A DNA stretch of 34,610 bases from the NCBI GenBank assembly GCA_037444405.1, contig JBBIML010000029.1:1-34610 (forward strand). The letters are read 5' to 3'. The position numbers and the translations under genes were made by a program. Under the pieces are notes generated by a model. The model had not been told where the DNA came from. It was given only the letters and a program-made list of their open reading frames with translations, and did not search any database. This document shows, piece by piece, positions 26,935-34,610 of the stretch (positions are counted from its first letter, which is position 1; each line of letters begins with the position of its first letter). This DNA is from Armatimonadota bacterium (GTDB lineage Bacteria > Armatimonadota > Fimbriimonadia > Fimbriimonadales > GBS-DC).

Positions 26935-27351
26935 GCGCATCACCTCCATGCTGGAGGGCAGTATCGAGCGGCTGAACAGGCGGGCATCGGGCACGCGCGG
27001 GCTGCCCGTGACGGACACCTCCACGATGCGCGCCCGATCGCGGCTCAAACCCAGACTCAAACCGCGCACGCGCAACCGCTGCAGCAGGGCGTCCGCCTCA
27101 GGGAGCAACGCGACCCGACCGAACAGCTCCGAACCCTGCCGCCAGACCGCCACCAGCCAGCCCAGCTGCACCGGCGACGGGCGATGCTCCACCAGCAGCG
27201 GCACCGGCGCCTCAAAATGCGCCACCAGGCGCTCCAGATCCGCCTCCGTCAGCACCAGCCCGCGCTCGGGATAGACGCCCGCCTCCAGCAACTTCGCCGC
27301 GCGTACCACCCAGCGAGTCGACTCACCCATCCTGACAGTCGCCGCTCGCAT
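26548..27351 (-). CDS. Mu gpI-like prohead protease with C-terminal scaffold
   Basis: LTEADL..LV..F, P....H, GWL, .S....., EVS.T..P pattern. Coiled C-terminus with GKLPPA. GGAGG RBS. Confidence 0.75.
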   Translation of the reverse strand: MRAATVRMGESTRWVVRAAKLLEAGVYPERGLVLTEADLERLVAHFEAPVPLLVEHRPSPVQLGWLVAVWRQGSELFGRVALLPEADALLQRLRVRGLSLGLSRDRARIVEVSVTGSPRVPDARLFSRSILPSSMEVMRMEPIETPVPDEVQQLRERVRQLERELHAQQVREQTQRWTLSGKLPPALVPIAETILLQGEASVVFSGESVPIAELFRRFVDALPSQPLLGELAPMPAYETPAISPEEARLLQQVFPDLDPAEILANRQ

Positions 27352-27479
27352 ACTGCCTCCACAACGGGCAGGGCACAAAACAGCCACGCTGTCAACCCCA
27401 ACGCAGACCGTTGCATCAGGAACCCTCGATGAGGTATAATTGTTTTATACACTCGAACCCCGATTTCCGGGCGCTGCTT

Positions 27480-27509
27480 GCAGGAATCGCAGCCCCAGTG
27501 GGGTATAAT
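27480..27509 (+). promoter_or_regulatory. Promoter of the prepilin-like array (SigH-like -35 plus TATAAT)
   Basis: GCAGGAATCGC-N9-GGGGTATAAT. Confidence 0.6.
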
Positions 27510-27558
27510 CACAAGCGAGAGGGACGACCCTCTCAAACCATAGAGGAGGAGGCTCGCT

Positions 27559-28464
27559 ATGAGACAGCATGGCAGAGGCTTTACCTTGATCGAGTTGCTG
27601 GTCGTGATCGCAATCATCGCCATTCTGGCGGCGATTCTTTTCCCGGTCTTCGCGCAGGCGCGCGAAAAAGCACGCCAGACCGCCTGCACGAGCAACGCTA
27701 AGCAATGGGGACTCGCCTTCATGCAATACATCAACGATTACGACGAGACCTTCCCCCTGAGCTTCGGACTGAAAACTCCCAACGCTCCTGCCAACATCTG
27801 GCAATATGGTCACCTCGTGCCACCCGACTGGTCTCGCTCACAGGGGGCACAGACAGGTCATTTCCGCGGCGTATCCTCGCTGGTCCACTGGGCGAACACC
27901 GTGTATCCCTACATCAAGAACTACGGCATGTATGGCTGTCCCTCCGGACCCGAGGTCCGATTCCCACCGCTGGAGTCTGCGGGCGACTATAACAACCCGC
28001 CGAAGCCGCCTGTCGGGGTCAGCTACACCATGAACGGCCTCCTGCATGACTATCCGATGGCAGGCATTGCGCGCCCAGCCCAGCTGCCGTTGCTGTGGGA
28101 GGGTCGCGGCAAGGCGCAGTCACTGGGAGTGATCGTATCGAACCCGGTCCTCCAGTGCAACCCTAACGACCCGCGCCCATGCCGCTACTTCAGCTGCACT
28201 TATGGCAATCCAGGCAACGCCTATCCGACCAGCGTGATGTTCGTGCTATCTGGCACGATGTGGATTCACAACAAGGGTGCGCTGTTCGTGATGTCCGATG
28301 GGCATGCCAAATGGCGCCGACTGGGCGCCCAGCTCGCCCCCAACAACACCGACTGGCGCACCGACCCCTACACGGGCTACGACGCGAATGGTTTCCCAGC
28401 ATACTTCTGGTGGGATGGCTGCAACGCCTGGCTCTTCCGACCCGATTACGAGTTCAACATCTGA
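27559..28464 (+). CDS. Prepilin-type N-terminal cleavage/methylation protein with H-X9-DG motif (DUF1559-like), copy 1
   Basis: [50 protein letters not shown]. Confidence 0.92.
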   Translation: MRQHGRGFTLIELLVVIAIIAILAAILFPVFAQAREKARQTACTSNAKQWGLAFMQYINDYDETFPLSFGLKTPNAPANIWQYGHLVPPDWSRSQGAQTGHFRGVSSLVHWANTVYPYIKNYGMYGCPSGPEVRFPPLESAGDYNNPPKPPVGVSYTMNGLLHDYPMAGIARPAQLPLLWEGRGKAQSLGVIVSNPVLQCNPNDPRPCRYFSCTYGNPGNAYPTSVMFVLSGTMWIHNKGALFVMSDGHAKWRRLGAQLAPNNTDWRTDPYTGYDANGFPAYFWWDGCNAWLFRPDYEFNI

Positions 28465-28533
28465 ACCCATCACAGTGGTGGGGTGGGCGACCGAAACCTG
28501 CCTGCCCCGCCTCCATTCCGAGGGAGGTGAAGA

Positions 28534-28773
28534 ATGAAACAGCAGATACCGACGCCGATAGCGATTCTTATCATCGCTGTCGTGGTTATCGTTGCTGTCT
28601 TTATCGGCTGGCGGCTGATTAATCCACCAGAGCCGAAGCCTGTCGGCATGCCCCCCGGTCAGCAGATGATGCCACCCGCTATACCGCCAGTGGCACCTCC
28701 GCAGCCGGGTCAACAGCCACAGGGCGCTCCCCAGCGACCAACCCCTGGAGGACAGCCAACCGGGGCGCTGTAA
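28534..28773 (+). CDS. Small single-TM Pro/Gln-rich partner protein
   Basis: GGAGGTG RBS, one TM, Pro-rich tail. Confidence 0.8.
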   Translation: MKQQIPTPIAILIIAVVVIVAVFIGWRLINPPEPKPVGMPPGQQMMPPAIPPVAPPQPGQQPQGAPQRPTPGGQPTGAL

Positions 28774-28801
28774 GCTGTTAGCGAAAATATCAGGACACCC
28801 A

Positions 28802-28836
28802 CCTGCAGGGGACATTAGACCCCCTGCAGGATTTTC
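28802..28836 (+). terminator. Rho-independent terminator
   Basis: CCTGCAGGGG-N9-CCCCTGCAGG followed by ATTTTC. Confidence 0.65.
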
Positions 28837-28841
28837 ATTAA

Positions 28842-28871
28842 GCAGGAATCGCGTGGGAATTGGTGTATAAT
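28842..28871 (+). promoter_or_regulatory. Second promoter of the prepilin-like array
   Basis: GCAGGAATCGC-N9-GGTGTATAAT, same geometry as 27480. Confidence 0.6.
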
Positions 28872-28960
28872 AGAGATGACCCTTGCCGCCTGGCGGTGTC
28901 AGGCGTATCGTCAAGAATCATCCTTCGTGCTGGGCGGAGTCGGGGGAAGGAGGTCAGGCA

Positions 28961-29785
28961 ATGCGACATGGCAGAGGCTTTACCTTGATTGAGTTGCTGG
29001 TCGTGATCGCGATTATCGCCATCCTGGCGGCGATCCTGTTCCCAGTCTTCGCGCAGGCGCGCGAGAAGGGGCGTCAGGCAACCTGCGCCTCCAACATGAA
29101 CCAGCTCGGCAAAGCGGTGCTGATGTACGCCGCTGACAACGAGAACATCCTTCCGCCCAACCGCGTGGTGCTGGGTCCCTCTGGAGGGCTACCCGATGAC
29201 CAGCGCAGGTTCTGGGCAGGGCTGGTACAGCCCTATGTGAAAAACAAGGATATCGTCTTCTGTCCCAGTGGCAAAAAGCCGCCCTTTGAAATCGACCTCA
29301 ACAACTGGTTCCATCGGGGCTGGCTCTCTATCGGCTATAATGCGCATATCGCAGGCTGGTACTGGATTGGCGGCGGCTTGCCCGGCGGTGCAGAAACCAT
29401 TATGGTGCCCTCGCTCTCCTGGATCAAAACACCCGCCCAGTTTGTGATGCTGGCAGAGTCTGCCAATGGCCCCGCGCCACCGCAGGGCAACTGCTTCGGC
29501 TCCTCCGCCGACAACAACGCCTATGGCGATTGCGAGGGCGGTCCAAACTTCCGAATAGTCATTCAGGGGCTGGCACGCAGCCCCACTGTGGGCTACAGCC
29601 CCATCATGGCACGCCATATGGGCGGACTGAACATCACCCTGATGGACGGACATACCAAATGGTTCCGTCTGGATGCGGTGATCCCCTCTCCCCCACGCAA
29701 CGCCGGCTGTGCCAATCCCGAGGAGCTGCGCGACTTCAACGCCGCCAACCTGCGCTGGCTCATCTGGAACAACTGCGTGAGGTGA
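28961..29785 (+). CDS. Prepilin-type H-X9-DG protein, copy 2
   Basis: [39 protein letters not shown]. Confidence 0.92.
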   Translation: MRHGRGFTLIELLVVIAIIAILAAILFPVFAQAREKGRQATCASNMNQLGKAVLMYAADNENILPPNRVVLGPSGGLPDDQRRFWAGLVQPYVKNKDIVFCPSGKKPPFEIDLNNWFHRGWLSIGYNAHIAGWYWIGGGLPGGAETIMVPSLSWIKTPAQFVMLAESANGPAPPQGNCFGSSADNNAYGDCEGGPNFRIVIQGLARSPTVGYSPIMARHMGGLNITLMDGHTKWFRLDAVIPSPPRNAGCANPEELRDFNAANLRWLIWNNCVR

Positions 29786-29789
29786 ACCG

Positions 29790-29963
29790 ATGCAAATCTT
29801 TCGGGAGAAACCGGCACTGGCAATCGGGCTATTAGTCATAGCCCTGCTGGCGCTTGTGATCGGCTGGTGGTTTTCCACACGCCAGATGAATCCGAGCGTC
29901 GAGGTGCCTCCCGTCAATCCGCCTCCCGAAACAAATCCGTCAAAAGAGGCAAGTCCTATCTGA
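29790..29963 (+). CDS. Small single-TM Pro-rich partner protein (57 aa, absent from the ORF track)
   Basis: [37 protein letters not shown]..., a paralog of 30822-31022. Confidence 0.8.
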   Translation: MQIFREKPALAIGLLVIALLALVIGWWFSTRQMNPSVEVPPVNPPPETNPSKEASPI

Positions 29964-29975
29964 GGAGGAACAACG

Positions 29976-30812
29976 ATGATGAGACGACATGGTTTCACTC
30001 TGATCGAGCTACTGGTCGTGATTGCGATCATTGCCATTCTGGCAGCGATCCTGTTCCCGGTCTTCGCGCAGGCGCGCGAGAAGGGGCGTCAGGCAACCTG
30101 CGCCTCCAACATGAACCAGCTCGGCAAAGCCATCCTCATGTACGCCGCCGACAACGAAGAAGTGCTGGTGCCCAGCCGCCTCGTGCCCCAGAACAACCCT
30201 AACCATCCCGGTGTCAAAATCTGGCAGGAGCTGGTCGCCCCCTATGTTAAAAACATCGATGTCTACTTCTGCCCGAACGGACGCCGGTTTGACGGTGGCG
30301 TCTTCATACCCAGCTGGGCGACTCGCGGCTGGCCCTCCATCGGCTACAACGCCCACATCTCAGGCTGGTACTGGGTCGGCGGCGGTCTGCCAAACAATCC
30401 CGACGAGACCCTCATGGTGCCCAATCGCTCCATGCTCAAAAAGCCCGCCCAGTTTGTGCTGCTCGCAGATTCCCCCAACGGACCAACGGGCGCACCCCAG
30501 AACTGCCGCGGCTACCTCACCGATAACAACTGGTACGGCGGCTGCAGCGGGGACGGCACCGGGCGACAACACCGCACGGACATCACCTCCTATGTGGGCG
30601 TGGGCATCATGGCGCGCCATTCGAACGGGCTCAACCTCGGCTTCGCGGATGGACACACCAGATGGCTCCGCCTCGAACAGGTACTACCCTACACACCGCA
30701 ACAGTACCAGGCCATCTATGGCAATCGCCCGTGCCGTTTTGTCGACGAATACCGCGACTTCAATCCAGCCAAAACGCACTGGCTCATCTTTAACGCCTGC
30801 AATCCTGATTAG
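29976..30812 (+). CDS. Prepilin-type H-X9-DG protein, copy 3
   Basis: [32 protein letters not shown]. Confidence 0.92.
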   Translation: MMRRHGFTLIELLVVIAIIAILAAILFPVFAQAREKGRQATCASNMNQLGKAILMYAADNEEVLVPSRLVPQNNPNHPGVKIWQELVAPYVKNIDVYFCPNGRRFDGGVFIPSWATRGWPSIGYNAHISGWYWVGGGLPNNPDETLMVPNRSMLKKPAQFVLLADSPNGPTGAPQNCRGYLTDNNWYGGCSGDGTGRQHRTDITSYVGVGIMARHSNGLNLGFADGHTRWLRLEQVLPYTPQQYQAIYGNRPCRFVDEYRDFNPAKTHWLIFNACNPD

Positions 30813-30821
30813 GAGGTCACT

Positions 30822-31022
30822 ATGCAGACCTTTCGCGAGAAACCTGCTCTGGCATGGATGTTGCTGATAGTCGCACTGCTGGCTCTGGCGGTCAGCTACT
30901 ACCTCTTCATGCGACCGTCGGAACCCGCCGTGCCAGCCGCCACGGGTGGACAGCCAGCAGCAGCACCCCCACCCGGCGGTCAGCAACCTGCTTCGTCAGC
31001 AGGACAATCTGTGCCGTACTAA
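30822..31022 (+). CDS. Small single-TM Pro/Ala-rich partner protein
   Basis: [34 protein letters not shown]... Confidence 0.8.
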   Translation: MQTFREKPALAWMLLIVALLALAVSYYLFMRPSEPAVPAATGGQPAAAPPPGGQQPASSAGQSVPY

Positions 31023-31041
31023 CTCTCTGGAGGTGAATCAA

Positions 31042-31974
31042 ATGAGAAAATCGGGCTTCACCTTGATCGAGCTACTGGTCGTGATTGCGATCATCGCTAT
31101 CCTGGCGGCGATCCTGTTCCCCGTGTTCGCACGCGCACGCGACAGCGCCGTGCGCACCCAGTGCCTGAACAACATCAAGCAGATCGCGCTGGGCGCTCTG
31201 ATGTATGTGCAGGACTACAGCGAGCAGATGCCGCTGGCCATCAACATCCCGTACGGCATCAACGAGCCGACCAACCCGAACACGATGGGTCCCTATATGA
31301 ACCTCTGGGTGCGCGTCAACCCCTGTTTCATCAACCCTCAGGGCAACGCCTGTCTCAACTCTGGCGAGCTGCGCCAGCTACGCTACCTGCCCATCGGGCA
31401 AACCACCCAGAACGCGCCGATCGCCCCTCCCGTTGGCAACCCACCACGCTACCCGCTCTACTTCCCCGCCCAGGTTGATCCCTATATCAAGGCGGGCGCC
31501 AGCGGCACCCAGATGACAACCCGCAAAGTGAGAACCCTGTGGGCATGCCCAGCCGACTCGACCTCCGTCATCGGACTGGGCTCCGAAACCTCTCTCTTCG
31601 AGCTGAGCGGGTTGAACCACTTCCGCGTCATCGGACACGACTACATGTATAACACATGGCTCATCTACACCTACACTGATCGCCTGCGCGGTGGCAATCC
31701 CCAGCAGTGGACGCTCAATGTGCGTTCAATGGCAGGCATCGCGCGTCCCGCCGACATTATCATCGTGTTCGATGCCTACCCGATCTGGCATGGCGAGTCG
31801 CGTGCCCCAAATGGCGGCCCCATCCCGGATAACTGGAATGTCGCCTTCGTGGATGGACACGCCAAGAACCTGCCTCACGCCGTGTTCATGGACCAGTTCC
31901 CCGGCGTGATTGGGGGCGGCGGCAACAAACTGCGCCTGAACCAGGACCCGGGTGTGGATAACCCCAATATCTAA
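31042..31974 (+). CDS. Prepilin-type DUF1559-like protein, copy 4 (extended H..DG spacing)
   Basis: [24 protein letters not shown]20-DGHAK. Confidence 0.9.
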   Translation: MRKSGFTLIELLVVIAIIAILAAILFPVFARARDSAVRTQCLNNIKQIALGALMYVQDYSEQMPLAINIPYGINEPTNPNTMGPYMNLWVRVNPCFINPQGNACLNSGELRQLRYLPIGQTTQNAPIAPPVGNPPRYPLYFPAQVDPYIKAGASGTQMTTRKVRTLWACPADSTSVIGLGSETSLFELSGLNHFRVIGHDYMYNTWLIYTYTDRLRGGNPQQWTLNVRSMAGIARPADIIIVFDAYPIWHGESRAPNGGPIPDNWNVAFVDGHAKNLPHAVFMDQFPGVIGGGGNKLRLNQDPGVDNPNI

Positions 31975-31982
31975 CTGCTCCA

Positions 31983-32017
31983 GGGGCAGCCCGAAGAACA
32001 TTCCTCCGGGCTGCCCC
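31983..32017 (+). terminator. GC-rich hairpin ending the prepilin-like array
   Basis: GGGGCAGCCCG-N13-CGGGCTGCCCC. No U-tract. Confidence 0.45.
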
Positions 32018-32031
32018 CACCGCCCGCTTCT

Positions 32032-32058
32032 GCAGGAAACCCATCCCACGCGCCGAAT
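32032..32058 (+). promoter_or_regulatory. SigH-like promoter upstream of fucI
   Basis: GCAGGAAACCC-N9-GCCGAAT. Confidence 0.45.
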
Positions 32059-32082
32059 CGCACGCCCACAGGAGGCACAGCG

Positions 32083-33894
32083 ATGGCGCAAATAGCGTTT
32101 GCAATCAATCCGTCCGTCAATCGACTGCAGGGCGCCCTGCCCAAAGTGGGCATCCGACCCGTCATCGACGGGCGACGGCAGGGCGTGCGCGAAAGCATGG
32201 AAGAAGCCACCATGCGTATGGCGCAGAGCGTCGCCCACTTCATCACCGAGAACCTGCGCCACGCCTGCGGACTGCCCGTCGAATGCGTGATCGCCGATAC
32301 CTGCATCGGCGGTATCGCCGAGGCAGCCGCCTGCGAAGCCAAATTCGAGCGCGAGGGCGTCGGCGTTAGTCTCACCGTCGCCCGCAGCTGGTGCTACGGC
32401 TACGAAACGATGGACATGCACCCCACACGCCCCAAAGCCGTCTGGGGCTTCAACGGCACCGAACGCCCCGGCGCCGTCTACCTCGCCGCCGTCATGGCTG
32501 CCCACGCCAATAAACGCCTGCCCGCCTTCAGCATCTACGGACGCGATGTGCAGGACGCCACCGACTTCGCCATCCCGCCCGATGTCGCCGAACGCATCCG
32601 GCAATTCGTCCAGTGCGCAATCGCCGTCGCCACCATGCAGGGTAAAACCTATGTGTCGATGGGCAATGTCTCGATGGGCATCGTCGGCTCCCTCGTCGAC
32701 CAGGACTTCCTCCAGCGCTACCTCGGCATCCGCACCATGACCGTCGACATGGTGGAGTTCGTCCGCCGCATGGAGCGCGGCATCTACGACCACGACGAAT
32801 ACGAACGCGCCCTGCACTGGGTCAAAACCTGTTGCAAAGAAGGCAAAGACTACAACCCGCCCGAAAAGCAACTCAGCCGCGAACAGAAGGAGCGCACCTG
32901 GCAGCAGAGCATCCAGATGGCGCTCATTGCCCGCGACCTGCTGGTGGGCAACCCCAAACTGGCAGAAATGGGCTACGAAGAAGAGGCACTCGGCTTCAAC
33001 GGCATCGCGGGCGGCTTCCAGGGTCAACGCCAGTGGACCGACCACCTGCCCAACGGCGACTTCATGGAAGCGATCCTCTGCTCCAGCTTCGACTGGAACG
33101 GCATCCGCCAGCCCTACATCCTCGCCACCGAGAACGACTACCTGAACGCCATCGGCATGCTGTTCGGGCACCTGCTCACGGGCGCAGCACAAATCTTCGC
33201 CGATGTGCGCACCTACTGGTCGCCCGACGCCGTACAGCGCGTCACAGGCTGGCGACCTACCGGGCTGGCGGAACAGGGCTTCCTGCACCTGATCAACTCC
33301 GGTCCCGCCGCCCTCGACGGCACCGGTCAGCAGGAGCTGAACGGCAGACCCGCCATGAAAGCCTGGTGGCTGGTGACGCCCGAAGAGGCGCAACGCTGCC
33401 TCGAAGCCACCACATGGCACTGCGCCATGCTCGAATATTTCCGTGGCGGCGGCTGGAGTACCCGATTCCGCACGCGCGGCGGCATGCCCGCCACCATGTT
33501 CCGACTCAATATCGTCGACGGCATCGGACCCGTGATGCAGATTGCCGAGGGCGAGACCATCGACCTGCCCGACGAAGTTCACACCATTCTGGACGAGCGC
33601 ACCAACCCCACCTGGCCCACCACATGGTTTGTGCCACGCACCACAGGACATGGCGCGTTCCGCGATGTCTACACCGTGATGGCGAACTGGGGCGCCAACC
33701 ACTGCGTGCTATCCAGCGGACATATCGGACACCTGCTCATCACCCTCTGCTCCATGCTGCGCATCCCTGTCGCCATGCACAATGTGCCTCCGGAGCGGGT
33801 GTTCCGACCCCATCAGTGGGGCATGTTCGGCACCGCCGACCCCGAAAGCGCCGACTTCCGCGCATGTCAGGCATACGGCGCACTCTACGGCTGA
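32083..33894 (+). CDS. fucI: L-fucose isomerase
   Basis: [70 protein letters not shown]. Confidence 0.96.
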   Translation: MAQIAFAINPSVNRLQGALPKVGIRPVIDGRRQGVRESMEEATMRMAQSVAHFITENLRHACGLPVECVIADTCIGGIAEAAACEAKFEREGVGVSLTVARSWCYGYETMDMHPTRPKAVWGFNGTERPGAVYLAAVMAAHANKRLPAFSIYGRDVQDATDFAIPPDVAERIRQFVQCAIAVATMQGKTYVSMGNVSMGIVGSLVDQDFLQRYLGIRTMTVDMVEFVRRMERGIYDHDEYERALHWVKTCCKEGKDYNPPEKQLSREQKERTWQQSIQMALIARDLLVGNPKLAEMGYEEEALGFNGIAGGFQGQRQWTDHLPNGDFMEAILCSSFDWNGIRQPYILATENDYLNAIGMLFGHLLTGAAQIFADVRTYWSPDAVQRVTGWRPTGLAEQGFLHLINSGPAALDGTGQQELNGRPAMKAWWLVTPEEAQRCLEATTWHCAMLEYFRGGGWSTRFRTRGGMPATMFRLNIVDGIGPVMQIAEGETIDLPDEVHTILDERTNPTWPTTWFVPRTTGHGAFRDVYTVMANWGANHCVLSSGHIGHLLITLCSMLRIPVAMHNVPPERVFRPHQWGMFGTADPESADFRACQAYGALYG

Positions 33895-33934
33895 TACCAG
33901 GCGCCTGAAAGCCGACCGCCACGGGTGCCCGATT

Positions 33935-33965
33935 CAGGCGGGGCATGACCTGCATACCCCGCCTG
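33935..33965. terminator. Hairpin between convergent fucI and porin genes
   Basis: CAGGCGGGGCATG-ACCTG-CATACCCCGCCTG, one mismatch. Confidence 0.5.
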
Positions 33966-33973
33966 CACAGACA

Positions 33974-34610
33974 TCAACGCCACACATAGAAGAAGGTCAT
34001 CCGCCAGAAGAGCGCGTCTTTCGGCTTCGCGCCACCACCAGGTGGGTTCGCGTAGGTAACCCATTCCACATTCGGCACGAGGTAGAGGTCTTTCTCCAGC
34101 TCGTAGATAACGCCGAAGTTATAGAAGCTGGGTCGGGCGGCAGGCGATAGCACGAAGTAGCTGATTTTGTCCGCGTCGGGCACAGGGTTGTTCAGCCAGT
34201 CGGCGCGAGCAAACAGGCGGGTGCGCTCGGCAACCTGTGTCTCCGCATAGACCGAGAAAACCGCCAAATCCCGCTGGTTCTGGCGATCCTGATGGGCATA
34301 CTGGAACCCCAGTTTGGTGCGCTCGGTGCGGTAGACCAGCAGTCCCTGCACAGTGCGCCAGTCCTTATCGGCAGGCTGGTCGTACAGGTCGCCATAAAGC
34401 TCCAGCGTCCACTGCTCATTAAGCGGCTGCAGGAGCGAGAGGTAGACCGCCTTGCCGCGATTGGTCTCGGAGCGGGTATAACTGCCGTTGCCCACCATAA
34501 AGTAGAGCTGCGTTTTCCCGAACTGGGTTTTCAGTCCCACGCCGCTGTCGCGCGAGTTGCCCATGCGCCATAAGTCAAGAGGCGTCTTCTCGATATGGCG
34601 GTAGCCCAGC
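33974..34610 (-). CDS. Outer-membrane beta-barrel/porin-like protein, 5' partial
   Basis: Frame is open to the window end (LGYRHIEKTPLDLWRMGNSRDSG...). Alternating beta-strand pattern and aromatic C-terminus FFYVWR. Confidence 0.7.
   Translation of the reverse strand, partial: LGYRHIEKTPLDLWRMGNSRDSGVGLKTQFGKTQLYFMVGNGSYTRSETNRGKAVYLSLLQPLNEQWTLELYGDLYDQPADKDWRTVQGLLVYRTERTKLGFQYAHQDRQNQRDLAVFSVYAETQVAERTRLFARADWLNNPVPDADKISYFVLSPAARPSFYNFGVIYELEKDLYLVPNVEWVTYANPPGGGAKPKDALFWRMTFFYVWR

Noticed and set aside
3913..27351. One intact prophage spanning portal to capsid
   Set aside because: The intervening 20 kb is housekeeping genes on both strands. There is no integrase, terminase, tail or att-like repeat, and the two parts face opposite directions.
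27559..31974. Diversity-generating retroelement or shufflon acting on the pilin-like array
   Set aside because: No reverse transcriptase, TR/VR pair with adenine-specific differences, recombinase or inverted cassettes. Every copy has its own RBS.
31726..33702. 658-aa minus-strand ORF (likewise 9929-11791, 5138-6601, 6771-7799, 22826-23914)
   Set aside because: These are antisense shadows of well-supported genes in high-GC DNA, with no recognisable motifs.

Overview
High-GC bacterial chromosome segment, probably Armatimonadota. This is inferred from the tandem [28 protein letters not shown]9-DG prepilin-like paralogs. It starts with the 3' end of a sigma-70 region-4 (ECF-like) gene, followed by a lower-GC cluster of secreted or membrane hypothetical genes. 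The middle is mostly housekeeping: FGGY kinase, glnA, dacB, DUF2339-like protein, adenylate cyclase-STAND-TPR protein, pepV-like dipeptidase, pcm, a fluoride-riboswitch-controlled antiporter plus USP, anmK, dprA, Wzm-type permease, HD-GYP, VanW and acyl-CoA thioesterase. The end holds a four-member prepilin-like array interleaved with small TM/Pro-rich partner genes, fucI and a partial porin. The most striking feature is a set of Mu-like phage head genes in two pieces among host genes about 20 kb apart. One piece is an orphan, C-terminally short DUF935-type portal. The other is a clean protease/scaffold-decoration-major capsid operon. The window contains no terminase, tail, integrase or lysis genes, so these are a candidate domesticated capsid system (GTA-like or encapsulin-like). 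Other points of note are ANTAR-type hairpins in the glnA leader, REP palindromes in frame within two enzymes, a MITE, a recurrent SigH-like promoter, and a leader peptide behind the fluoride riboswitch.
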